Part shown: one piece after another, positions 1 through 10,409 of the stretch | Numbering within the stretch: the first letter of the stretch is position 1 | How the letters are laid out: each line of letters begins with the position of its first letter | NCBI GenBank assembly: GCA_964016885.1 | Contig: OZ024747.1 | Location: forward strand, 35,774,001-35,838,000 | Reading direction: 5' to 3' | From: Eledone cirrhosa | Lineage: Eukaryota | Length of the DNA stretch: 64,000 nt | Program-made: the position numbers and the translations under genes | The notes under the pieces: generated by a model | What the model was told of the DNA's origin: nothing | The model's input: only the letters and a program-made list of their open reading frames with translations | Database searches by the model: none

Positions 1-1911
1 TAGGGTCGACCATCGGTATCTGGAGTTTGTCCTCAAAGCAGCTGGCTTCGGCCCTGTCTTTAGAAGCTGGATCGTTGCAATGCACAGCGGCACACGCTCG
101 GTGGTCAAAGTTAATGGCCACCTCTCGGAAACATTTCGGCTCTCCCGATCGGTCCGTCAAGGGTGCCCTCTCTCTTCCCTTCTGTACGTATTGACTCTCG
201 AGCCTTTACTGCGGAAGCTGGAGCTGTTGCAGGGCATCCCGCTCGAACCGGGACATGGAAAGGCGGTGTCGGCTTATGCGGACGACATCACCGTGATGGT
301 GTCGAACACCTCAGAAATCGAGGTGGTCGGCACCTTATTGAAAGAATATGAAAGGTTGACAGGAGCCAAACTTAACCCGGAAAAGTCGGTGGGCTTGCAG
401 CTCGGAACCTGGAGAGGCAAGCCCATGCCGTCCAACAGCGTCGTGGGGCGCTGGACGGACGGACCAGTAAAGTTGCTCCGGGTTTGGTTCGGGCCAGACC
501 TCCAGGTGGAAAAGAATTGGGACGAGGTAACGAGCAGAGTAGCCAGTCTCACCCAAAAATGGGCTGGGAGGAAGCTATCACTGAAAGGTCGCGCGGAGGT
601 GGCGAATGCGTACATCGCGTCCGTCATCTATTACCGCCTAACCGTCGTGCCCTGCCCCCGTCCGCGCCTCGTCAAGCTGGAATGGCTCCTCCTCAAATTC
701 TTGTGGAGGGGACAAGTTCCGTTGGTGAGGTGGTCCATCTGCTGCCAGCACCCTCTACACGGAGGGCTGGGCATGCCGTGGCTAATGATGCGCAGACATG
801 CGTTGAGGCTGCGACATCTCCAGATATTCTGCCTCAATGGTGAACAGGTGTGGTCGCCGTTTATCAGACGGGCCTTTCCGCAGCTCATTTCTTTGACTGA
901 GCTGCAGTCCTGGGTCAAGAAGAGACCGAGACTGGATGACTGGCACCTGGAATGTTGCCAGGCACTCACTGCCCTCTACCAAGCGGGCAATGCGATCAGT
1001 AGAACTTCCACTCTCGAGTTTTATAGAGGATTATTGGTGGGCGAAGCTTTGGGCCTCGACGAAGTCGAATTGACCAGTCTGTACCGGAGGACTTTTGAGC
1101 CGGGGACGATGGACAATTTCCAGAAATCCCCCGCTTGGCAGTGCAACCGGGGGGCACTGCCAGTTCGGGATAAACTCTACAGGCACGGAAGTGCTGTCAG
1201 ACGGACCTGCCCAAGATGCGCACAGAACGACGAAACCGTTCTGCACGCACTTGTCCAATGTCCGTGCATTACTGACTTGTGGAGTTATGTCGAACAGCTA
1301 CTGTCGCGTGTGGAACGAATCCAGTTATCGGCCGAGTCCATAGTGAAGATCGAGCTGCCACCTTCCTTAGGTCAGGAAGAGCAGGACATTTTCCTCTGTC
1401 TGTTGGCAGTTGCGAAACAGATTATATGGTGGACCAGGTTGAAAGGACTAAAGACAGACACTTTTCTCTTCGGCCAATCCCTCATCAACTTCTTCAAGTT
1501 TCACATGGAAAGGAGGGTGAGGGTGGAGAGAGAAGTGCTGCCCCCCAGTACATTTGCTAAAAGGTGGGTGAATGTGGCAAGAATGGCTCGTGACCATGCG
1601 CCTATAGGCAAGAATGGCTCTGACCATGCGCCTATAGGCTAGCTAACTTGAGGAGAGGGGTGCTCTCCTGGGTGCCCTAGAAGCGCAGGGTGGTTCAGGA
1701 TTGGTGGGGTACCCGAATCACCCCATGGTCGTCCACCCCCTATCGGGGAATTTATTTTGTTGTATTTTGCATAGTTTATTTTATATTTTATATTTTCATT
1801 GTTAAATTAGTCTTGCCATTGTGCACTTTTACTCGACCTTATTGTAAACCCCCACTGTCCCTGTCTTTGTATTGTCCCCTACATGTCGGCCCTTGTGGCT
1901 AATAAATGAAA

Positions 1912-1913
<2 letters not shown>
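1..1913 (+). mobile_element. Tx1-type (L1 clade) non-LTR retrotransposon, 3' part (copy T1, subfamily A); 5' part lies outside the window
   Basis: ORF 80..1642 has RT motifs (VRQGCPLS, SAYADD) and a C-terminal CPRC..ET..H....C zinc finger. AATAAA at 1901 is followed by an (ATT)n tail. Confidence 0.92.
80..1642 (+). CDS. Tx1 ORF2 C-terminal portion (RT + zinc finger), open from the window edge
   Basis: 520-aa ORF with YADD and CPRCAQNDETVLHALVQC. The C-terminus is altered by a ~30-bp tandem duplication near 1577-1638. Confidence 0.85.
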   Translation: MHSGTRSVVKVNGHLSETFRLSRSVRQGCPLSSLLYVLTLEPLLRKLELLQGIPLEPGHGKAVSAYADDITVMVSNTSEIEVVGTLLKEYERLTGAKLNPEKSVGLQLGTWRGKPMPSNSVVGRWTDGPVKLLRVWFGPDLQVEKNWDEVTSRVASLTQKWAGRKLSLKGRAEVANAYIASVIYYRLTVVPCPRPRLVKLEWLLLKFLWRGQVPLVRWSICCQHPLHGGLGMPWLMMRRHALRLRHLQIFCLNGEQVWSPFIRRAFPQLISLTELQSWVKKRPRLDDWHLECCQALTALYQAGNAISRTSTLEFYRGLLVGEALGLDEVELTSLYRRTFEPGTMDNFQKSPAWQCNRGALPVRDKLYRHGSAVRRTCPRCAQNDETVLHALVQCPCITDLWSYVEQLLSRVERIQLSAESIVKIELPPSLGQEEQDIFLCLLAVAKQIIWWTRLKGLKTDTFLFGQSLINFFKFHMERRVRVEREVLPPSTFAKRWVNVARMARDHAPIGKNGSDHAPIG

Positions 1914-1970
<57 letters not shown>

Positions 1971-1977
1971 GTTATTA
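1914..1977. repeat. (TTA)n microsatellite shared by the 3' ends of Tx1 T1 and Dong D1
   Basis: Read directly; one TTG variant unit near the Dong end. Confidence 0.98.
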
Positions 1978-4423
1978 CTCCTTGAGTCTCAGTCATTGAT
2001 GTTAGTTAACTGGAAAGTTTGTTGGAATGAATATCAAGCCACTACCTGCAGCTTCAGATATTCAGGACGTATCGGAGGGTTCTTGCTGTTCCCAGCAAGC
2101 ATGCCTTTTGAAGCGTTCCAAAAAGCGTGAAGGGGCCGATTTTCTTTAACCATCCCTGGAAACTTTTGGAGAGGTCCCCAGTGCGCCTATGACAATCGGG
2201 ATCACTTTGACTTCATGGCAGTTCCAAATCCTTTTTACCTCCCACTTTAAGTCCTGGTATCGGTTAATTTGCTCCCTCTCCTTCTCTTGCACTCTCGTGT
2301 TGAATGGGCAGGCCACATCCACAATCAGGCACGATCTTTTTTCTTTGTCCACAACCACCAGGTCAGGTCTATTGTGTTCCAGTTTTTCTTCCGTCTGTAT
2401 CCTTAAATCCCACAGCACCTTCACCTGATTGTTCTCCATCACCGCCTCTGGCCTATGCTCATACCATTTCTCAGAATGTGGTGAATTGTTTACTTTGCAC
2501 AGGTGCCAGTGGATCACCTTGCCCATCACATCATGTCTCCAGCCCTTATAGTGGGTCTGGGCTAGGTGTTTACACTCGGACACAATGTGAGCCACAGTCT
2601 CCTCTCTCTCTCCACAGATCCTGCACAGTGGGCTAGCCTCCTCCTTGTAAATATGGTGCTTCAACCACTTCGTTTTGAGGGCCTGCTCCTGCGCAGCCAT
2701 TAGCATTCCTTCTGTAGCCTGTTTGAGGTCTCCTCTTCTCAACCAGTTCCATGTCTGTGGATCTCTAAATTCAGTTTTCTCAAAGAAGGTACTATGAAGG
2801 GATTTTCCCTTAAGGCTGCTCTTCCTCCTTGATGTTATTTCCTCCTTGGACATCCCCTGGCCTACTGTCCCCTCCTTCAGTACAGTTCTGAGCATTGGCT
2901 CCTTACTATAGGTCACGTATTTGTATAGGTTGTTTTTCTCCATCTGAACACAGTCCTCTATGCTGATAAGACCTCTTCCACCCTCAGATCTCCTTAGGTA
3001 GAGTCTATCGACATCACTCCTCTTGTGGAACATGTTGTAGATAGTCAATAGCTTCCTAGTCTTCCTATCCGTTTCTTTTTGTTCAGCAACATTACATCTC
3101 AGAATTCCCGCACTGTACTTAATAATAGACACAGCTCGGGAATTTACTGCGCTTATGACATTTCTGCTGTTCAGATGTGACTTCAATACGCTCCTTACTC
3201 TCCGAATGTATTCAGTTCTTAACAATTCCTTCATTTTTTTGTTCTTTATGCCATCAGCCTCCAGAACGCCCAAATACTTGTACCCTTCCTCAGAGTCAAT
3301 TTCCTTTATCATCTCACCTGTTGGTATCTGGATCCCGTTACTTCTGCTCAACCTACCCTTCTTCATCACAATGACTCCACATTTACCAATACCAAACTGC
3401 ATACATATATCACTGCTGAAAATACGGACAGTGTCAACAAGCACATCCAACTCCTTCTCACTTTTCCCGAAGAGCTTAAGATCGTCCATGAAGAGGAGGT
3501 GATTGATGGTAAGCTCTCCCCTTCCCAACTTGTATCCTGCTCTCACTTTTCGCAGCATAATGGTCAAGGGCATCAGGGCAAGGACAAACAACAGAGGGGA
3601 CAGGCTATCTCCCTGGAAGATACCTCTCTTGATCTTCACGCTTCCCAAGGATACTCCAGTTGATGTCAACTCTGTCTCCCAGGACCCCATACTCCTGCCT
3701 AGCAACTGTCTGATGTTATCTGCCACCCTGAAGATCTCCAGGCTTTTGGTGATCCAGGAATGAGGCACCATGTCAAATGCCTTTCTGTAGTCTATCCATC
3801 CCATGGCAAGATCAGTGTGTCTCCTCCTGCAATTCCCCATTACCATCTTATCAATAAGTAACTGGTCCTTTGTACCACGTGACTTCTTTCGGCATCCTTT
3901 CTGTTCGTCCGGTAACAAGTTGTTTGTGTGGAGGTGATGGTAGATTTCCTCAGACACAATGCTCGTCAACAGTTTCCACATAACGGACAGACATGTGATA
4001 GGTCTATAGTTGGTAACATCATTACACTTGATTCGGTCTTTCATTATCAGAACTGTGGTACCTTTTGTCAACCACTCTGGCACCTCACCCGACACCAAGC
4101 AGTCATTGAACATGGCCGTCAGCTTCGGGTGGAGGGATGTTAAATGTTTAATCCAATACCCCTGCACACCATCTGGGCCTGGTGATTTCCAGTTGGTTAG
4201 TTTTTTGGCCTGCCCCTTAAGAGTTTCAACTGTGATACTCAAATCAGTTTGTTGTTGTGCCTGCTCACCGATCTCCCTCTGTACTGTCTCAATCCACCCT
4301 GCCTGGGCATTGTGTCTAACATCCTGCTCCCATATTCCTCTCCAGAATGTTTTAGTTTGCTCCGCCCCAGGGATCAAGTCGTTGCCTTTTCTTTCCCCTC
4401 AAGCTGTCCAAACAGCATCTTCT

Positions 4424-4424
<1 letters not shown>
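1978..4424 (-). mobile_element. R4/Dong-type RLE non-LTR retrotransposon, 5'-truncated (copy D1, family A)
   Basis: ORF 2146..4377 (-) has RT (KSPGPDG, YRPITCL, DYRKAFD, QGDSLSP, FMDD), a CRIC..ET..H....C finger, RHD and an RPDLVV..IVDV restriction-like endonuclease motif. The 3' end runs into (TAA)n. Confidence 0.93.
2054..4377 (-). pseudogene. Dong RT-RLE ORF, 5'-truncated, with a 1-nt frameshift near the C-terminus
   Basis: The natural end ...ACLLGTARTLRYVLNI* (TGA at 2054-2056) is out of frame with ORF 2146..4377. Confidence 0.8.
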
Positions 4425-4455
<31 letters not shown>

Positions 4456-4461
4456 ATTATT
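4425..4461. repeat. (TTA)n between the 5' end of D1 and the 5' end of T2
   Basis: Read directly. Confidence 0.97.
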
Positions 4462-4670
4462 GGCAACCTACGTAGGAAATCGTATTATCGTGAGCTCCGC
4501 AAAGGTTTGTTATTTCCGTTTGTTTAAAAATTGCCATTTATGGAAAATTTTATTGTAAACTGTTTATAAGCACACATACATTGTTTTCCGAAAAGGACAC
4601 CCAAAAACATTGGGGCCTTGTGCCCAAAATTTTAACTTTTATTATTATCCAAAAATTTATTTGAAAAAAA

Positions 4671-6661
4671 ATGGCTAATTCCCCTCTGCACGAAGCAGCT
4701 GAAAGCCTTCCTCACAAAATAACACCTCACACCGACACCACCATTGTAAATGTTACTACGTTTGCCAACACAAAAAAAAATATAAGCAATAGCAATATTT
4801 TAAATTTGTCTCAGGCAGACATTCATTTCCCGCCATTACCAATGACTGCAGGTGTTAAACCCTCCACCACCACCACCACCACCGCGACAACCACCACCAC
4901 CACCACCACCGCGACAACAGAAACAAAAGAAGAAAAAAATAAATTAACTCGTGACGTCGAAATGAAATCAAGCAAAATGGACTCTTCCCCACCAAAGACG
5001 ACTGACGCCACCACCACCACCACAACTGAAAATAAAATTAATATTAACGATAGCAACAACAACAACAATGACATTATAAAACCGACCCTCAGTTTCGCCA
5101 TCGTAGCAAAACAATTCGAAGCGTTCACGGTAACTCAAGAAGATTTAGAAAATGCCAAACAAATGGTAAAGAAAGATGGGTACAGGGTCAGCCGACCCCC
5201 CCCCCCCCACCTAATAAAATGGAGCATCGGCGCCTGTGCACCGTGTCGTATAGAACAATAAATGTAAAATCGCGCCGAGTGGAACGGGCATCCGAGTCCC
5301 AAATCCAAAAAGCTTTGGGACATGTGTGGGCAAGAAAAACCCACATCAGACGTGGGCAAAAGTATGGAACCGTGGATGTGTTCTTTGAAACACCAGAGGA
5401 GGCTAGAGAACACTCCATGGCCCCATTAAAAAGTGACGACTTCACACTCGTCCCAAGCTATTGTGGCCAGAGACTCGTAAAGATCAGGGTGACCCATGTT
5501 CCACCGGCCATCGAAATTCCCTGGCTAATAGCGGCTGTCATCGCCGGCATCGAGGCCAACACGAAAATAATAACAATAGCAAAAGAAAAGCAGGAAAACT
5601 GGTCCGGATTTGGGATGGAGCTCCTGATCCAAGCGGACCAAAAAAGCATTGAGGAGATCCCAGAGGTAATAGACCTCACTGACGGCAGCCACCTCACGGT
5701 AATTGTCGAGGGCAGAAGACCTAGGTGTGTCGTTTGTGGTGAAGGAACCCACCTAAGGGCTTTCTGCCTTCAGGCTAAAAGGTTGAGGCCACCTCTCCTA
5801 CCCACCCCAGTGACACAACCATCAACACCACCAGTAGCAGAGATGCCAGCAACAACTGTAGCAGCAACAACCGAAGCAACTATAACAGCAACAACCCCAG
5901 CAACAGTAGCAAAACCAACACCACTACCACCAACAGCAAAACTAACACCACCACCACCCAACGCTTCAGAACTAGCACCAGCGCCTACACCATCCACCAC
6001 ACCACAATCAAAACTAACGGCTGTGGAGGATTTTCCACGGCCTATCACAACTGGAGACAGATTGTGACGACGAGGAGTGGGAAACGATATCCGGAAAAAA
6101 AAAAGAAACCAAAAAAGAAAAAATTCTCTTCCTTCCCCCTCCAAAAACAAAATACAGAGGGAAACAAATAAACTAAGAAACAAAAAAGTTAGGACAGATA
6201 TGCCACCATCCACACCAGCATCACCAACCCCATCAACCCAAACACCAACACCATCACCATCATTAACTCCAACACCACCATCACCTACACCACAAAAGTC
6301 ACCAAATTGCGAAACAGAAACAAACCCACAACAAACGCAAACAAAACAAAACAACCAAAACGATACACACTACACAGCATTAAATTTGAACAACAAGCAA
6401 TTATTGCACTACATCCAACACAACACCAGCATCACAGAAAAAGACTACACAACAACCCCAAAATTCACACCACCTCCACACATACAAATCACTCGCATCA
6501 CACAGAAAACGTACATGACACTAAAACAAAAATTCCCCAAAGACATCGGAGACTTCCGACAAGCACTCTCCAGGAGGATTTATAAGGACATCCTTCCTGA
6601 GGAGGCCACAAGCAGTGAAAAGGATGGAAAAGCCGTCCTTCCCCTACGAGAAGTAAGGTAA
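4671..6661 (+). pseudogene. Tx1 ORF1 (gag-like, CCHC zinc knuckle), split into three ORF pieces
   Basis: ORFs 4671..5261, 5219..6067 (CVVCGEGTHLRAFC = CX2CX4HX4C) and 6077..6661. The first break is at the poly-C run ~5196-5208. Homologous to 32870..35024. Confidence 0.85.
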
Positions 6662-6695
6662 GTGGTCTTTCCCATCTTTTCCACTCCTTTTCAAC

Positions 6696-9600
6696 ATGAC
6701 CTCACTCAGAATAGGCAGCATAAATGCGCGTGGCTTGGGGTCGTCATGGAAGCAGGGCCACCTGCTCAACGACCTCAGGTCACTAAACATAGATGTAGTG
6801 GCCATCAGCGAGACCAGAATCTCCGAAGCACAGGCTTTCGCACCGATCTTCGGCGGCTACGATGTGTACGCATCTCCCAGCCGTCCGGGATCGGGGGGAG
6901 GAGTTGCTGTGCTTTTTCGGAGAGGTTTGGATCTTGCCATACGGGCCATCTTCATGGACCCAGAAGGTAAGTTGGTGGTGCTGGACGTGACCAGCGGAGA
7001 CGGGCAAGCTTTCAGGTTAGTGGCCGTCTATGCCCCGACAGGAGCAGGGCGGCCTGATTTCTTCCGGCGTCTGGAGACCTTTCTTGGAACGTCCCGCTCT
7101 TTAGTGTTAGTGGGCGACTGGAACGGGATCTTAGATGCACGCTGGGATTGTGTGGGATTAGTGGATAGGGAAGGAGGGTGCAAGAGTCTCACCAACCTGC
7201 TCAGACGTTTTCAACTGGCTGACAGGTACCGAATGGATTTCCCGAATGTACCAATGTGGACTTGGACAAATCGCATAGGGTCATCCAGATCATATCTAGA
7301 TAGAGTATTTTGTAGGGAAATAGATAGGTCTAGCATAGGCTGTCCACAATTCAAGATAGTCAGCTACACGGACCACAAATTCGTGATCTGTGTGCTTGAC
7401 TTAGATAGGCTTCATAGACGAGGACCCGGCTACTGGAAGCTAAACGCGTCCTTACCAGCGCGCAAGGCCTACAGAGACCGGATTAGCGAACTAGTTAAGC
7501 GGGCGTTGACGGGGGCCATCGTCAACAACAAGTGGTGGTTTGCTCTGAAAAGAGCAATTAGAATAGAGTCCATTAGGTTTAGTAAGACTTTAGCAATAGA
7601 GAAAAATAGAGCAGAGGGAGAATTAGTTAGAAAATTAGATGAGGCGCTTAGCAAAGGCATCGCGACCGACGTACTTGCGGCGAAATTGGCCCTTGACCAA
7701 TTCTTCAATGCAAAGCACGAAGGCTGCGTTGTCAGAGCTAGGGTGCGTGCTCTCAGACACGAGGGGACGAAAGCCGTTGAATGGGCCCGAGTGGCGGAGG
7801 CGCGTCGTGGCAACAAAGCCACGATCCGGTCTTTGGTGGACCACGACGGGCGCATGCTACTCGATCCCGGGCAAATGTGTGAAGCTTTTCAGCGACACTT
7901 CGCTCAACTGTTCGGGGGCAGTGGCGGGCCGGATGGAGGGATGGACTTTAGTGTCTACCTCGACGGACTGCCGCGGCTTTCGGCCACTGAGGCGGAGTGT
8001 TGCGAAAAGCCGATAACAACCGCTGAAGTACGGGATGCAATGACTAGTTGCACAAGGGGCAAATCGCCTGGTTTGCATGGTCTGCCCTATGAACTTTACG
8101 TACAAATGCCAAACTTGTTCGGAGGCCTCTTGGCGGACGTCTACTGCAACTGGCAACAGAACGGGAGAATTCCCAGCTCTGTGAGCCGAGGAGCGGTGGC
8201 GCTGCTGAGAAAGGATCCGAACAAGGGGGATAACATAGATAATTTTAGGCCCATAACTCTGCTAAACACAGAGTTCAAGATTTTGGCCAAGGTGCTAGCA
8301 AAGAGGTTGGCGCTTGTCGTTGGTGGTCTGGTGGGAGAGGCACAGACATGCGCCATTCCCGACAGATCCATCCACGACAACCTCCACCTCATGCGATACA
8401 TCGTAGAGAGGGTAGCTAGGGAACCTGGCACGGGTGTGTCTTTGATCAATTTAGATCAGTCGAAAGCCTTCGATAGGGTCGACCATCGTTACCTAGCGGC
8501 AGTCCTGAGGGCCGCTAGCTTTGGGCCCGTCTTCAGAGGCTGGATCGCTGCCATGCACAGCGACATCTGCTCTGTAGTGAGAGTGAACGGTCACCTTTCG
8601 GAACCGTTCAACATCATGCGCTCGGTCCGCCAAGGATGTCCCCTCTCGTCCCTATTGTACGTATTGACTGTCGAGCCATTACTGCACAAACTGGAGACGT
8701 TGAGGGGGTTCCGCGCGAACTAAGATGCGGAAGATCCGTGTCAGCATATGCCGACGATGTCACCGTAGTGGTGTCGAACGCCAAACACATCGAGGCGATC
8801 GGCACTACACTAAGAGAATACGAAGCGGTGACAGGAGCAATGATCAACCAGAAAAAGTCAGTGGGCCTGCAGCTCGGCACCTGGAGAGGCAGGTCCATGC
8901 CGTCCAACAGCGTCGTCGGGCGCTGGACGGACGGACCGGTTAAATTGCTAGGGGTCTGGTTCGGTCCAGACCTCCAGACGGACAAAAACTGGGACGAGGT
9001 GACGAGCAGGGTGGCTTCTCTCACCCAGAAATGGGCCGAGAGGAAGATATCCCTAAAAGGTCGAGCGGAGGTGGCGAATGCGTACATCGCATCCGTCATC
9101 TACTACCGCCTGACCGTCGTACCTTGTCCTAAGCCCCGCCTGACTGCGCTGGAGCGTTTGCTCTTTCGCTTCTTGTGGAAGGGACGCGCTCCGATGGTCA
9201 GGCGGTCCATCTGCTGTCAACACCCGCTACGTGGAGGGCTGGACATGCCGTGGCTGATGATGCGCAGACACGCGCTCAGGCTACGACATCTCCACCTCTT
9301 CCTCGACGGTGATCAGGTGTGGTCGCCGTTTGCAAGACACGTTTTACCCCAGCTCGTCTCCTTGACGGAGCTGCAGTCCTGGGTCAAGCGAAGACCGAGA
9401 GGGAGCGCTTGGAGACTGGAATGTCTTCAGGCGCTCACAGCCCTCGACCAATCGGGCAATGTGATCGGTGGAAACTCCACCTTGGCGTTCTATAGGGGAT
9501 TAGTAGAGGGGAAGAGCGACGACGTACTTGGAGAAACTCTAGGCGTCGACGAAAATCAACTAGCCAATCTCTTCGGAAGGACTTTCGGGCCGGGGCCTAT

Positions 9601-10114
9601 GGACAACTTCCAGAAATCCCTGGCCTGGCAGTGCTACCGAGGAGCTTTGCCAGTTCGGGATAAACTCTACAGGCATGGAGGTGCCGTCAGCCGGGCATGT
9701 CCGAGATGCGCGCAGGGCGACGAAACCGTCCTGCACGCACTCGTCCAGTGTCCGAGCATTGCTGACTTGTGGGTTTATGTCGAACACCTGCTGTCACGTG
9801 TAGGACGGATCCAGCTATCAGCTGAGTCCATCGTGAGGATTGCCCCACCCCCTTCCTTTAGCCTGGAAGGGCAGGCAGTTTTTATCTGTCTGGTGGCCAT
9901 GGCGAAAGAGATAGTATGGTGGACACGTTTGAAAGGGCTGAGGACGAGCACTTACCTCTTCGGTGATGCCCTGATTAACTTTTTCAAATTTCATTTGAAA
10001 AGGAAAATCAGGGTAGAGAGGGAAGTGCTCTCTTCCCAGCATTTTGTTGAAAGATGGGTGAGAGAAGCAAGTATGGCCCGAATGAATGGGCCTTCTCTGA
10101 GTATGTGTCTGTAA
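6696..10114 (+). pseudogene. Tx1 ORF2 (APE endonuclease + RT + zinc finger) with one frameshift near 8706
   Basis: APE motifs SINARG, SET, VYAP, GDWN, YLDR, TDH; RT motifs FRPITLLN, DQSKAFD, RQGCPLS, YADD. ORFs 6696..8723 and 8636..10114 overlap at a G run. Confidence 0.92.
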
Positions 10115-10356
10115 ATTAAAGGTGGAAAACTGGGAGAGGGCACTTGCCCTGGTGGTCAGGGCCACTGTGGTCTTTTAATGGGCTTTCTCCACAAATGTCC
10201 CTTGGAAGTCTCCCCCCTATTGGGGAATTTTTCTTTGTTATTTTATTTCAACCTCTGTTTTTTTACACGCAGAAATGCCCATTTGTACCGTCCTGTATTG
10301 TCCTGTACTGTCCTTAATGTCTACTTTATGTGAACCCTTGTGGTTAATAAAGAAAA

Positions 10357-10357
<1 letters not shown>

Positions 10358-10402
<45 letters not shown>

Positions 10403-10409
10403 GTTATTA
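10358..10409. repeat. (TTA)n shared by the 3' ends of T2 and D2
   Basis: Read directly; same TTG variant unit as 1914-1977. Confidence 0.98.

Larger units (their letters stand above)
4462..10357 (+). mobile_element. Full-length Tx1-type LINE (copy T2, subfamily B)
   Basis: About 210-bp 5'UTR, ORF1 with a CCHC knuckle, ORF2 APE-RT-zinc finger, 3'UTR with AATAAA; (TTA)n on both sides. Confidence 0.95.
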
